The translations under genes and the position numbers were made by a program. Positions 8,928-19,278 of a stretch of DNA of 64,000 nt are shown in pieces (within the stretch, counting starts at the first letter, position 1; each line of letters begins with the position of its first letter). The DNA is from a bacterium. Its GTDB lineage: Bacteria > Omnitrophota > Gorgyraeia > Zapsychrales > Zapsychraceae. The stretch is from assembly GCA_030429765.1 (NCBI GenBank), contig JAUIER010000003.1, positions 144,402-208,401 of the forward strand, written 5' to 3'. A model generated the notes under the pieces. It did no database searches. It saw only the letters and a program-made list of their open reading frames with translations, and was not told where the DNA came from.

Positions 8928-9722
8928 ATGAACCGAATTGATCAGACGTTCAGCCGATTGAAACAGGATAAACGAAAGGCGTTTATCGCGTACATCACCG
9001 CGGGCGATCCCGATCTTAAGACCACCGAGCAATTGGCGCTGGCGCTGGAACAGTCAGGGGTCGATATCCTGGAACTCGGCGTGCCGTTTTCCGATCCGTT
9101 GGCCGACGGGCCGACCATTCAGGCGGCATCACAGCGCGCGCTGGCCGCGGGGACAACCTTGCCCAAGGTCCTGGATCTCGTCAAAAAGATCCGCCGGACG
9201 TCCAACATGCCGCTGGCGCTGATGATGTATTACAATCAGATTCACAGCTACGGTGAGCAAAAGTTTGTGAAGATGGTCGCCGATTGCGGTGTCGACGGGT
9301 TGATCGTTCCGGATCTTCCCCCGGAAGAGGCCACGGATTTGATCAAATATGCCAAGGCCCATGATGTGTCGACGGTATTTTTTATGGCGCCGACCACCAA
9401 GCCCGAGCGCATGACCAAGATTGCCCGGCATTCCACCGGCTTCATCTATTATGTGTCACTGACCGGGGTGACCGGCGCGCGTCAGGCCATTCCGTCATCG
9501 GTGACCCGCAAGATTCGCGAGGCCAAAAAGATTACCGACAAGCCGATCTGTATCGGATTCGGTATCTCAACCCCTGAGCAGATCCGCACGATGAAAAAGG
9601 TGGCGGATGGTGTGATTGTGGGAAGCGCGATCATCAATCAGATCGTCAAACATGCCGGTCAAAGCGACCTGGTGCCCAAGGTGTCCAAGTTTGTCCGGAC
9701 GTTGAGTCGCGCGCTGGATTAA
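8928..9722 (+). CDS. trpA: tryptophan synthase alpha chain
   Basis: ILELGVPFSDPLADGPTIQ and GFGIS motifs. Directly downstream of trpB. Confidence 0.93.
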   Translation: MNRIDQTFSRLKQDKRKAFIAYITAGDPDLKTTEQLALALEQSGVDILELGVPFSDPLADGPTIQAASQRALAAGTTLPKVLDLVKKIRRTSNMPLALMMYYNQIHSYGEQKFVKMVADCGVDGLIVPDLPPEEATDLIKYAKAHDVSTVFFMAPTTKPERMTKIARHSTGFIYYVSLTGVTGARQAIPSSVTRKIREAKKITDKPICIGFGISTPEQIRTMKKVADGVIVGSAIINQIVKHAGQSDLVPKVSKFVRTLSRALD

Positions 9723-9767
9723 ATCAAATTCCCATCAAACCCAGATTTCAGAAACGGAAAATTATTT

Positions 9768-11042
9768 ATGCAAAAAATAGAACGACTCAGTAACGGATTA
9801 CGGATTATCACGCAGAGTATGAAGGACCGCGAGAGCGCGTCGATCGGGATCTGGGTTGGTGTCGGCGGACGTTACGAAGATGACCGGGTCAAAGGCGCCA
9901 CGCATTTTTTGGAACATATCGTCTTTAAGGGCAGCGAGAAATACACCTGCGAGTCGATCAAGGAGAGTATAGAAGGCGTCGGCGGAACGCTCAACGCGTT
10001 TACATCGGAAGAGCAGACCTGCTTTTACGCCAAGATTCCCGCGGCGCATATCAACAAGACATTTGATGTGCTGGCGGATATGGTCTTTTTTCCCAATATC
10101 AAGGCGTCGGATGTCCGCAAAGAACGCACGGTGATCATTGAAGAGATCAAGATGTACCATGACCTGCCGCAGTATTTTGTGCTGGAACTCCTTGATGGAT
10201 TGATCTGGCCTGATCATCCGTTGGGCAAACAGCTGGCCGGGACCATTGATTCGGTGTCGGGGCTCAGTTCCAAGGATCTCAAGCGGTTTCATCATTCGTA
10301 CTACCGGCCGGGTAATATCGCGATATCGGCCTGCGGAAAGATCGATCATGACGCGTTTGTGCGGATGGCCAAACGCAAGCTCGGCAAGATCAAGTCGGAC
10401 GGCGAATTCAATTATCTGCCGATCACCGGTCTGCAGTCCAAGGCGCGGGTGAATTTTTACCGCAAGGACATCGAGCAGATGCATCTGGCGCTGGGCATGC
10501 CCGGTTACGACGAGAATCATCCCGATCGGCACACGCTGGGGTTGCTGAGCATCATCATGGGCGGGAATATGTCGTCGCGGCTGTTTGAAGAGGTGCGGGA
10601 AAAGAAGGGATTGGCCTACTCAATCGGGACCTTGCATAAAACAATGCACGATACCGGCGTGTTTATGGTACGCGCGGGTGTGGATAATCAAAAGATTGTC
10701 AGCGCGGTGGGGTTGATCCTCAAGGAATTCCGTAAGATCCGCAAAAACGGTGTGACGGCCGGCGAATTCAAGCGCGCCAAGGACTATATGCTCGGACAAA
10801 TCCTGCTGGGACTGGAAGATTCGATGGAGCACATGCTCTGGTTAGGCGAATCCATGATCGCCCGCGACCGCGGCCGCAGCATCAAGGATGTGATCAAGGC
10901 GCTCAATAAGATCAAAATTGCGGATATTCAGCGCGTGGCGCGCGATATTCTCGATGAAAAACGCTATAATCTGGCGATTGTCGGGCCGGTAACTGACCAG
11001 CAGGACACAGAGTTACGCAAATTGCTCGATGCGACGGTTTAA
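9768..11042 (+). CDS. M16-family zinc peptidase (pitrilysin-like)
   Basis: HFLEHIVFKG inverted zinc-binding motif (HxxEH). Confidence 0.88.
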   Translation: MQKIERLSNGLRIITQSMKDRESASIGIWVGVGGRYEDDRVKGATHFLEHIVFKGSEKYTCESIKESIEGVGGTLNAFTSEEQTCFYAKIPAAHINKTFDVLADMVFFPNIKASDVRKERTVIIEEIKMYHDLPQYFVLELLDGLIWPDHPLGKQLAGTIDSVSGLSSKDLKRFHHSYYRPGNIAISACGKIDHDAFVRMAKRKLGKIKSDGEFNYLPITGLQSKARVNFYRKDIEQMHLALGMPGYDENHPDRHTLGLLSIIMGGNMSSRLFEEVREKKGLAYSIGTLHKTMHDTGVFMVRAGVDNQKIVSAVGLILKEFRKIRKNGVTAGEFKRAKDYMLGQILLGLEDSMEHMLWLGESMIARDRGRSIKDVIKALNKIKIADIQRVARDILDEKRYNLAIVGPVTDQQDTELRKLLDATV

Positions 11043-11124
11043 GCCCCAATTTACAATTGACAACGGAATCCATATCCGTTAGACTCAAAATAACTCTAAT
11101 CATCTTGAACAAGAAGGAGAACCA

Positions 11125-11298
11125 ATGGCCGAAGAATTATCATTTTACGATGTAAAAACCAAGTCAAAATTCAATTCTTCTGATTACGAAGTCCGTGAAA
11201 AGAGCGGACGCTTTTTTGCTGTCACTAAATCTCCTCAAGGAACTCACGAATGCTGGCGAGTTCTGGGTAAAGATCAAGCTGCAAAATTAAAGAAATAA
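11125..11298 (+). CDS. small hypothetical protein (57 aa), not in the ORF track
   Basis: ATG 11125 has AAGGAG 7 nt upstream. Translation MAEELSFYDVKTKSKFNSSDYEVREKSGRFFAVTKSPQGTHECWRVLGKDQAAKLKK, stop TAA 11296-11298. Confidence 0.4.
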   Translation: MAEELSFYDVKTKSKFNSSDYEVREKSGRFFAVTKSPQGTHECWRVLGKDQAAKLKK

Positions 11299-11491
11299 GC
11301 CCTCAAATGCCTCTTTGCGCGGGACATCATCTTCGCATGGATGGCTTTCGACATAGGCCTGAATACGCCGAAATTACGTTTCAAGAAGGAATCCTGCTAT
11401 AAAAAAAGTTTCACTTACTTCTAGAACCATTGCCAAGAAAATTGCAGAATTCGCAGATGATAAGAAAGCGATCGATATCGTCGTCCTGGAC

Positions 11492-11779
11492 ATGCGTCAG
11501 CTTGTCAATTTCTGCGACTATTTTGTCGTTTGTTCCGGAAACACCGACCGGCAGGTCAAGGCGATTGCCGACGGGATAGACGAAGGTTTATACGGACTGG
11601 GTATCAAGCTGGGATCCAAAAACGCGGTCAAGCAATCCGACTGGGTTGTATTTGACACCGGGGATATTGTGATTCACGTGTTTGCCAAAAAGACACGTGA
11701 ATTTTACAATCTGGAGTACCTGTGGCAGGATGCCAAACCGGTCAAGTGGCGGAAGGAACCGCGCACACCGTCCGACTAA
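11492..11779 (+). CDS. rsfS: ribosomal silencing factor RsfS (Iojap); true start probably upstream at a non-canonical codon
   Basis: CSGNTDRQVKAIADGI...DWVVFDTGDIVIHVF matches RsfS. The in-frame region 11357-11491 encodes RsfS-like N-terminal sequence (..KKAIDIVVLDMRQL) but has no ATG/GTG/TTG. Confidence 0.8.
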   Translation: MRQLVNFCDYFVVCSGNTDRQVKAIADGIDEGLYGLGIKLGSKNAVKQSDWVVFDTGDIVIHVFAKKTREFYNLEYLWQDAKPVKWRKEPRTPSD

Positions 11780-11870
11780 AACCTCGGAACCAAATTTTTA
11801 AATCGTATTATGGTCGCAAGTGTCACATGCCCCGCTCTGCAGGCGGATGTGTACGCTTGTGATTTTTTAT

Positions 11871-13598
11871 ATGTTATCGACCTACAAAGACAACATTCAG
11901 GAATTCATCCAATCGACGCTTCAGGCGTCGTTTCCCGACGTGGCCGAATGGCCGGCCATTGAACTCGAGGTGCCGGCGGACAAAAAGCACGGACATTTTT
12001 CGTGCAATATCGCACTGCGTTGCGCCAAACCGCTTCGCAAGGCCCCGCCGGTGATCGCCGCGGATTTTGTCGGCGCGCTGGAACAGGCCCTCAACGGATC
12101 TAATCTCAACCACATTATTGACAAGATCGAGGTCAAGAATCCCGGATTCATCAACTTTTTTCTGACCAGTCAGTCACTCACTGCGACGATCGCTGAGATT
12201 TATGCGCAGGGGGAGGCGTTTGGTCAGGTTGATATCGGTCAGGGACGCAAGATCGGAATTGAGTTTGTCAGCGCTAATCCGACCGGACCGTTAAGCATCG
12301 CGCACGCGCGACAAGCGGCGGTGGGAGACGCGCTTGGAAATATCCTCAAGGCCATCGGATTTGACGTGACCAAAGAATACTACGTCAATGACGGCGGCAA
12401 TCAGATCCGTATGCTCGGTCAGTCACTGAAACTGCGAATGCTGGAGATGGTCCAGCCGGATACGGAGTTTCCCGAGGATTGCTATCAAGGCGAATACATG
12501 AAGGATATCGCGCGGGGGGTGTTTGAGTTTAAAGATCAGGTCACCGAGAAGACGCTCGCCGAGCTCAGCGATTGCCAGGCGGATATTTCCGCGTTTGACA
12601 CAGATTTTGTGAACGGCTATTCGGATGAGCAGTTTCAGGATTGGTCCAAGTCGTTGATCATGGACGATATCAAAAAAGACCTGGCGGATTTCAATGTGCA
12701 TTTTGATGTGTGGTCCCTGGAGTCTGAGGTCGCCTCACCGGAAAAGATCGTGGGATTGATCGAACGTCTCACGGCGGACGGGTATCTCTACGAAAAAGAC
12801 GGCGCGTTATGGTTTAAATCAACAGACTTCGGCGACGACAAGGATCGGGTGATCCGTAAATCAGACAGCACATATACGTATCTAACGCCGGACATTGTGT
12901 ACCATAAAAACAAATTTGAGCGCGGGTTTGATCAGGTGATCGATATTCTCGGCCCGGACCATCACGGATACATCGCGCGGATCAAGGCGTCGGCGCAGGC
13001 GCTGGGACGGCAGGCCGATGACCTGCAGGTCTTGATTGTGCAGTTAGCGACCATTTTCCGCGACGGGCAGGCTGTGTCGATGTCGACACGCCGCGGGCAG
13101 TATGTGAGCCTGCGGGAGATCCTCGACGAGGTCGGGGCCGACGTGGCCCGCTATTTCTTCCTGATGCGTCATATCAAGGCCCATCTGGAATTTGATCTGG
13201 AACTGGCCAAGAAAGAATCCTCGGAGAATCCGGTGTATTACATTCAGTATGCGTACGCCCGGATTAACAGTATCAACAAGAAGGCGTCGGAATCTGAGAT
13301 CGACTTGGAACGTCAGGATTTTTCCCGATTGTCGACCGAAGAAGAGCTGGATCTGGCCAAGCAGTTGGGTGGATACAGCGACGCGTTGGCGTATTGCCAT
13401 CAGCAATTGGATCCGTATCCGCTGGTCAATTATCTATTCGAGCTGGCCACGGTGTTTCACAAATTTTATGACCGGCAGCGTGTCATCGACAGCGACACGC
13501 AGTTGTCCGCGCAGCGGCTGGGGCTGGTCAATGCCGTCAAGACCGTGTTAGGGAACGGATTGGCTTTGCTGGGAATCAGCCGGCCGGACTCGATGTAG
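11871..13598 (+). CDS. argS: arginine--tRNA ligase
   Basis: SANPTGPLSIAHARQA (HIGH-type region) and MSTRRG (KMSKS-equivalent typical of ArgRS). Start moved to MLSTYKDNIQEF. Confidence 0.92.
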   Translation: MLSTYKDNIQEFIQSTLQASFPDVAEWPAIELEVPADKKHGHFSCNIALRCAKPLRKAPPVIAADFVGALEQALNGSNLNHIIDKIEVKNPGFINFFLTSQSLTATIAEIYAQGEAFGQVDIGQGRKIGIEFVSANPTGPLSIAHARQAAVGDALGNILKAIGFDVTKEYYVNDGGNQIRMLGQSLKLRMLEMVQPDTEFPEDCYQGEYMKDIARGVFEFKDQVTEKTLAELSDCQADISAFDTDFVNGYSDEQFQDWSKSLIMDDIKKDLADFNVHFDVWSLESEVASPEKIVGLIERLTADGYLYEKDGALWFKSTDFGDDKDRVIRKSDSTYTYLTPDIVYHKNKFERGFDQVIDILGPDHHGYIARIKASAQALGRQADDLQVLIVQLATIFRDGQAVSMSTRRGQYVSLREILDEVGADVARYFFLMRHIKAHLEFDLELAKKESSENPVYYIQYAYARINSINKKASESEIDLERQDFSRLSTEEELDLAKQLGGYSDALAYCHQQLDPYPLVNYLFELATVFHKFYDRQRVIDSDTQLSAQRLGLVNAVKTVLGNGLALLGISRPDSM

Positions 13599-13615
13599 TC
13601 AGGAGTTGCACGTTT

Positions 13616-15301
13616 ATGCAAAAAGAATGGGTTATCAAACTGCCACACCCAAGGAATCAAATCCTCCTCGCGGACGCCCTGAACGTCCATCCGATCATCG
13701 CCCAATTACTCGTTAATCGTTCCATTCAAGAAGTTGGCACCGCGCGGGATTTCCTCGCGCCTAGCCTGACATTGCTGCATGATCCGATGCGGTTTAAAGA
13801 TATGGCCAAGGCCGTCGACCGTATCCGTCAGGCGGCGTCTGAAAAGCAAAAAGTCCTGATCTTCGGGGATTATGATGTTGATGGCGTGACGTCATCGGTG
13901 ATCCTCAATAAAGTGCTGAAATCGATGGGCATTGACGTGGTACATCACATTCCGCATCGTATGACCGATGGCTACGGCCTCAATCACGACATTGCCGATG
14001 TGGCGCGGGAGCAGGGCGTGGCGTTGATTATCACGATTGATTGCGGTGTCACGGCGTTTGACGAGGTAGAGACGATTCGTAGTCAAGGGATTGATGTGAT
14101 CGTGATCGATCACCACGAACCGTCGGAGGGACGATTGCCGGACGCGACGGCGATTATCGATCCAAAACAGGCGGATTGTGATTATCCATTTAATGAATTG
14201 GCGTCGGTGGGCTTGGCGTATAAGCTGGCGCAGGTCTTGGCGCCCGAGATCTGTGATGAGGTGTTGGATTTTGTGGCGTTGGGAACCGTGGCGGATGTGG
14301 CGCCATTGGTCGATGAAAACCGGATATTAGTGAAGGCCGGACTCAAGCAGATCCTCAAGACCCGTAACAAGGGACTCAGGGCCTTGCTGCAGGCCACCAA
14401 GATGAAACGCAAACCCATCACACCGTTTCATATCGGTTTCGTGTTGGGGCCGCGGATCAATGCCGCCGGCCGGATGGATTCGGCGCTGACGGCCCTGAAT
14501 TTGTTCTTGTCCGACGACGAACGTGAGGCGTATTCGTTGGCCATGGAATTGGAGTCATATAATTACGACCGGCAGAAGATGCAGAACAATACCATTTCCG
14601 AGGCGATGGAGATCGTCGAGGCGCAAATCCAGCAGACCGATTCAAAGATCATTGTCCTGAATAAAGAAGGATGGCATAAAGGCGTGCTGGGGATTGTCGC
14701 ATCACGCCTGACCGATAAATACTATCGTCCGTCGGTGGTGATTTCAACGGAGAACGGAGTGGGTACGGCTTCATGCCGTTCAATTGACGGATTTCATATT
14801 CAGCAGGCCCTGGAGCAGTGTCAGGAGGTGCTGGAAAATTTCGGCGGACATGAGGGCGCGGCGGGGCTGACCATTCAGGAGAATCAAATTGATCCGTTTC
14901 GCAAAATGATCAATGATATCGCGCAGTCGACCTTAGAGATCAGAAAACTCACGCCCAAGATTTATATCGATTGCGAGATTCCGGTTAACCAGGTGGATCT
15001 GAGTTTGGCGAATACCGTCGAGCAGCTGCAACCCTTCGGGGAAGGGAACGCGGTGCCGGTTTTTTGTTCGCGACGATTGGTGGTTAAAAGCTATCCGCAG
15101 ATCCTGGGTAAGGGGACGCTGAAGTTTTGGGTGGAACGGGATGATCAGCCGATCTCAGCGATCGGATTTGGCATGGAGCGTTTTGCCGATATGATCAGTC
15201 CGGGGCGGCAGATTGATATGGCCTACGAGATCTCTATTGATGATTGGAACAAGGCGCCGGAAGCGCAGCTGCGGATCAAAGATATCAAAAGCAGTACATA
15301 A
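13616..15301 (+). CDS. recJ: single-stranded-DNA-specific exonuclease RecJ
   Basis: FGDYDVDGVTS DHH motif, GGHEGAAGL DHHA1 motif. Confidence 0.92.
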   Translation: MQKEWVIKLPHPRNQILLADALNVHPIIAQLLVNRSIQEVGTARDFLAPSLTLLHDPMRFKDMAKAVDRIRQAASEKQKVLIFGDYDVDGVTSSVILNKVLKSMGIDVVHHIPHRMTDGYGLNHDIADVAREQGVALIITIDCGVTAFDEVETIRSQGIDVIVIDHHEPSEGRLPDATAIIDPKQADCDYPFNELASVGLAYKLAQVLAPEICDEVLDFVALGTVADVAPLVDENRILVKAGLKQILKTRNKGLRALLQATKMKRKPITPFHIGFVLGPRINAAGRMDSALTALNLFLSDDEREAYSLAMELESYNYDRQKMQNNTISEAMEIVEAQIQQTDSKIIVLNKEGWHKGVLGIVASRLTDKYYRPSVVISTENGVGTASCRSIDGFHIQQALEQCQEVLENFGGHEGAAGLTIQENQIDPFRKMINDIAQSTLEIRKLTPKIYIDCEIPVNQVDLSLANTVEQLQPFGEGNAVPVFCSRRLVVKSYPQILGKGTLKFWVERDDQPISAIGFGMERFADMISPGRQIDMAYEISIDDWNKAPEAQLRIKDIKSST

Positions 15302-15303
15302 AA

Positions 15304-15340
15304 ATAGACACACCGTTTGAGGTGTGTCTAAATTTTATTT
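15304..15340. terminator. bidirectional intrinsic terminator between recJ (+) and rpmB (-)
   Basis: Perfect 9-bp stem AGACACACC-gtttga-GGTGTGTCT, flanked by A-run upstream and T-runs downstream. Confidence 0.65.
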
Positions 15341-15394
15341 TGCTGAAATGTAATGAAATTTTTAAGCGGGACGAATTCAGGTCAGGATCGACGA

Positions 15395-15622
15395 TTAAGC
15401 TTTAACGATCTTGCCTTTTTGAATACAACTGACACAAACATGTTCACGTTTGATCGTGCCGTTCAGGTTGATCTTGATGCGCTGAAGGTTCGGGTAGAAT
15501 CGACGTAATGTCTTACCGATAATCTTGGAACCCGCACCACCTGTACGTTTGATTTGTCCGCGTCGTTTATATTTGTTGCCCGGTTGGGCGCCTTTTGAAC
15601 AGATTACACAAACTTTTGCCAT
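15395..15622 (-). CDS. rpmB: 50S ribosomal protein bL28
   Basis: MAKVCVICSKG...GNK..R...KRTG...PNLQRIKI...VCVSCIQKGK matches the zinc-ribbon L28 pattern. Confidence 0.8.
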   Translation of the reverse strand: MAKVCVICSKGAQPGNKYKRRGQIKRTGGAGSKIIGKTLRRFYPNLQRIKINLNGTIKREHVCVSCIQKGKIVKA

Positions 15623-15762
15623 TTCCAAATCCTTTGCTAGTCTTACGTTTTGAATATAAGAGTATAATTAAAATCACAGGATTGTCAAGGTTAAATTTGC
15701 ATGGTGGGTTGATCGCCTAACATGCTCGTATATATAAGATTACATCCAAAAAGGAGATTCGC

Positions 15763-17502
15763 ATGAATGCCGCCGATACAGTGTCAGTTGATTTTGAGCA
15801 GTTGAAACCCTATTCCCCGCGGTCCTTTGTCCCGGCGGACGCCGATTTGACGGATTTGGACACCGTGGTGGGCTTGTTCAAGCTGCTGATCGCCGCCCCG
15901 GTGAATTCGGCCGCACAGTTCGAACAATGGATCCTGAACCGCTCGGAATTGGAGGCGGCGCTGGACCAGGCCGGATCGATCCTGTACATTCGTATGACCT
16001 GCCAGACAGATAACGAAGAGCGGGCCAACGCGTTCACCGCGTTTATCCAGACCATCTCGCCGGCCGTCAAACCACTGGACGATCAGCTCAATCACCGCTT
16101 TATCGAGCTCAACAAACAATACTCACTCGACGCGGACCGCTACCGTATCTACGCGCGGGGCATTCAGGCCGCAATCGAACTCTTTGACGAGCGCAATGTG
16201 GAATTGCAAAAGCAGGTCGATTTGTTGTCGCAGGAATATCAAAAGATCTGCGGCTCGATGTCGGTTGACTTTCAGGGGCGTGAACACACGATGCCCGAGA
16301 TGTCAAAGTATCTGCTGGAGCTTGACCGGGATTTGCGGGAACAGGCCTGGCGGGCATCGGCCGATCGTCGTCTGAAGGACAAGGACAAGCTTGAGGAATT
16401 ATTCGACAAGATGCTCAAGCTGCGGCATCAAATTGCCCTGAATGCGGGCTGTGAAAACTTTATGGAATACAAGTTCCGTCAGCTGCAGCGTTTTGACTAC
16501 ACGCCGGCGGACTGTAAACAATATCACCAAACGGTAGAACAAGTGGTGGTGCCGGTCTGGCGCAAGGTGTTGGAGCGGCGCAAACAACGGATGAAACTGG
16601 ATCCGCTACGTCCCTGGGACGGGGCCGTTGATCCGCTGGGCCGCACGCCGCTCAAGCCTTTTGAGCAAGTTTCGGATTTGATCAGCAAGACTCAGCGCAT
16701 GTTTGCCAAGGTTGATCCGAATTTCGGTGAGCAATTCGCGCATATGGCGTCCAAAGGGCTGCTGGATCTGGCGTCCCGTAAAGGCAAGGCCCCGGGTGGA
16801 TATCAAAGCGCGCTGGATGAGTCCCGCGAACCGTTTATCTTTATGAACGCGGTCGGCACAGATTCGGATGTCAACACATTGCTGCATGAGGGCGGACACG
16901 CGTTTCATTCGATCGCCTGCGCGCATGACGAGATCAAGGATTACCGTCACGCGCCGATGGAGTTTTGCGAGGTGGCGTCGATGGCCATGGAGCTGCTGGC
17001 CCGTGAATATATGGAAGAGTTTTATTCCGCGGATGACAAGCAACGGTCGATTCAGGATCATCTTGAAGATATCATCTTCATTCTTCCGTGGGTGGCCACG
17101 ATCGACAGTTTTCAGCATTGGATCTATGAAAATCCGGATCACACCCCGGAACAGCGGCGGCAGAAATGGATTGAAACGTATCGACGGTTCAGTTCGGGTG
17201 TGACGGATTGGTCGGGGCTGGAGGAGCAGGAGGCCTATCTGTGGCATCGGCAGCTGCATATCTTCGAAGTGCCGTTTTATTATATTGAGTACGGCATCGC
17301 CCAGTTGGGGGCGCTGCAGGTGTGGCGTAACGCGCAATCGGATTGGTCCGGGGCGATCGACAAATACAAACAGGGACTGGCGCTCGGCGGATCACGGTCG
17401 GTGACGGAAATCTACGAAGCGGCGGGTATCAAGTTTGATTTTTCCCGTGAGATCATCGAACCGCTGATTGACGCCGTACGTTCCAAGATCGATTTGGCCT
17501 AA
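15763..17502 (+). CDS. pepF: oligoendopeptidase F (M3B family)
   Basis: HEGGHAFH zinc motif, ~580 aa. Confidence 0.9.
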   Translation: MNAADTVSVDFEQLKPYSPRSFVPADADLTDLDTVVGLFKLLIAAPVNSAAQFEQWILNRSELEAALDQAGSILYIRMTCQTDNEERANAFTAFIQTISPAVKPLDDQLNHRFIELNKQYSLDADRYRIYARGIQAAIELFDERNVELQKQVDLLSQEYQKICGSMSVDFQGREHTMPEMSKYLLELDRDLREQAWRASADRRLKDKDKLEELFDKMLKLRHQIALNAGCENFMEYKFRQLQRFDYTPADCKQYHQTVEQVVVPVWRKVLERRKQRMKLDPLRPWDGAVDPLGRTPLKPFEQVSDLISKTQRMFAKVDPNFGEQFAHMASKGLLDLASRKGKAPGGYQSALDESREPFIFMNAVGTDSDVNTLLHEGGHAFHSIACAHDEIKDYRHAPMEFCEVASMAMELLAREYMEEFYSADDKQRSIQDHLEDIIFILPWVATIDSFQHWIYENPDHTPEQRRQKWIETYRRFSSGVTDWSGLEEQEAYLWHRQLHIFEVPFYYIEYGIAQLGALQVWRNAQSDWSGAIDKYKQGLALGGSRSVTEIYEAAGIKFDFSREIIEPLIDAVRSKIDLA

Positions 17503-17588
17503 AATATCTGAGTTTTTGGTTTCCGCTCCAGGGGTTTTGGTATATCATACACGTAAATAAGATGAACAAGAGTTGAGAGGTGTATGTG

Positions 17589-18143
17589 ATGAAATTCAAA
17601 ACAATCAGTTTGGGAATCCTAATTGTGATGCTCTGTGTCACTGCTCATGCCATGTCTGGTATGGTCTCGACTCCTGAGACCGTCGCTCAATTGAAGAAAG
17701 ATTTGAGAGAGGGTCACGTACGTATCGGCAAAACCCGTCTACATGAGGTGGTAAATACATACGGCAAAGCGGCAACGATCACAGACGACGAACGTCGAAT
17801 ATTGTTTGAGTACGATGATCTGCGTCTCGAATTTATCAAACGCAGGCTCTGGAAGTCATGGGGGTACGACAGTTTTCGTAAACCGGTTTATACTAATGAT
17901 GTAGACGATTTACGCTTTGATCTCGAAAGCGAGGAGTTGGTGGGCGGCAACATCACCGCGGCCAACATCCGCAAGGACTATGGAGAGCCCACCGAGATGA
18001 TCCAGTCCGATGTGGACGGAGAGAAGACGATTTACTATTACGGCGACATTCGTCTCGTATTTGAAAACAATTTCGTCGTCCGCAGCTGGCGGGCGCAGAA
18101 TCTGTCGGAGCAGGAAACTTCCGGCGTCCTGCAGGGAAAATAA
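17589..18143 (+). CDS. secreted hypothetical protein
   Basis: Signal peptide MKFKTISLGILIVMLCVTAHA. GAGAGG 8 nt upstream. Confidence 0.6.
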   Translation: MKFKTISLGILIVMLCVTAHAMSGMVSTPETVAQLKKDLREGHVRIGKTRLHEVVNTYGKAATITDDERRILFEYDDLRLEFIKRRLWKSWGYDSFRKPVYTNDVDDLRFDLESEELVGGNITAANIRKDYGEPTEMIQSDVDGEKTIYYYGDIRLVFENNFVVRSWRAQNLSEQETSGVLQGK

Positions 18144-18158
18144 GGCCCATTTCAGACC

Positions 18159-18192
18159 TGAAGCCCGCTCATTCCATGGGCGGGCTTTTGTC
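18159..18192 (+). terminator. intrinsic terminator
   Basis: AAGCCCGC-tcattccatg-GCGGGCTT followed by TTTGTCGCTT. Confidence 0.55.
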
Positions 18193-18257
18193 GCTTGATA
18201 TTCCTATCCGTAAGATATACAATAAGATATACGTTAATTGTTAAAAAGGAGCTGTAG

Positions 18258-18905
18258 ATGGATACACGCAAATATATATCAGCGATCATGATGCTTGCCG
18301 CCGCGCTATTTCTCACTGCTGATGTCCAGGCGCAGAATATCGAGAACCGTGTCAATGCCCTGGAAGAATATGTAGAGACATTTCAACCCACCCTTATCGA
18401 GTTTTCCGAAGAACTTCAAAACAATATCCAAAAATACACCAAAGGTCTTGAGCAGAGTCTGCAGAACTACTCGGATCAGCTGCAGGAACAGCTCAACACC
18501 CAAATGAAGTCATTGGACAAGAAAATGATTGTACTGGACCTCAATAATCCGGCGTTTCAAAGCATTGAGTCCAATGCCGGAAACTTTCTGATCTCGGTTG
18601 ACCGAGTTGAAAAATTGCCTACCGGTGAATATCGGGTGTATATGAACATCGGAAACTACAATTACGCCGACTACAAGGGATTCAAGATCAAGCTGTTATG
18701 GGGAACCAAATTTTATCCTGGATACGCGCAGAAAGTCGAGGAGTGGCGCGAAACACTGACCGGGGCGGAATATACTTTTGAAGGCTATATCCGAAAGGGT
18801 GTCTGGAATCAGGTGGAGATTGATATCAAGGCGCCTGACACGTCAGTATTGGCGTATGTCGAGATGGAGCTGGCCGTTATGTCCGTCGAGCTCAAGGCCA
18901 ATTAG
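18258..18905 (+). CDS. secreted hypothetical protein (coiled-coil N-terminal half)
   Basis: Signal peptide MDTRKYISAIMMLAAALFLTADVQA. AAGGAG RBS. Confidence 0.6.
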   Translation: MDTRKYISAIMMLAAALFLTADVQAQNIENRVNALEEYVETFQPTLIEFSEELQNNIQKYTKGLEQSLQNYSDQLQEQLNTQMKSLDKKMIVLDLNNPAFQSIESNAGNFLISVDRVEKLPTGEYRVYMNIGNYNYADYKGFKIKLLWGTKFYPGYAQKVEEWRETLTGAEYTFEGYIRKGVWNQVEIDIKAPDTSVLAYVEMELAVMSVELKAN

Positions 18906-18925
18906 CACACCGCGGATGACCGTTT

Positions 18926-19258
18926 ATGAAACACCTCAATACAATACTAGCCTTTTTAATCTGTTTGGGATTCGCTGTTCAGGCCGAGGCCCGATCGCTG
19001 TCCAATACATTTGACGATCGTTTAACCTACGACATCTACTTCTACAGCGGCGAGAATCACACATCCGTCCTCGAAGACATTGACATCGAGGGCATGCGAG
19101 AGATCGGCGGCAAGGAATTCCTGGTCCTGAATTCCAAGGGATTCAAGCTGACCGAGGAGGCCGGATACATTCTTTTTGATGCCGTGATCGCCATTCTACC
19201 CAGCCGTCATTTCAAGGTCCGCAAGACCGATTCAATTCAGTTCAGACATCATCGCTAA
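18926..19258 (+). CDS. secreted small hypothetical protein
   Basis: Signal peptide MKHLNTILAFLICLGFAVQAEA. Confidence 0.55.
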   Translation: MKHLNTILAFLICLGFAVQAEARSLSNTFDDRLTYDIYFYSGENHTSVLEDIDIEGMREIGGKEFLVLNSKGFKLTEEAGYILFDAVIAILPSRHFKVRKTDSIQFRHHR

Positions 19259-19278
19259 TCCATCACATCATCTTTTAT

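Noticed and set aside
9798-10532. 244-aa minus-strand ORF inside the M16 peptidase gene
   Set aside because: Antisense to a gene with a clear HxxEH motif. No recognisable motifs. Composition looks antisense.
16606-17337. 243-aa minus-strand ORF inside pepF
   Set aside because: Antisense to a confidently assigned M3 peptidase (HEGGHAFH). Considered spurious.
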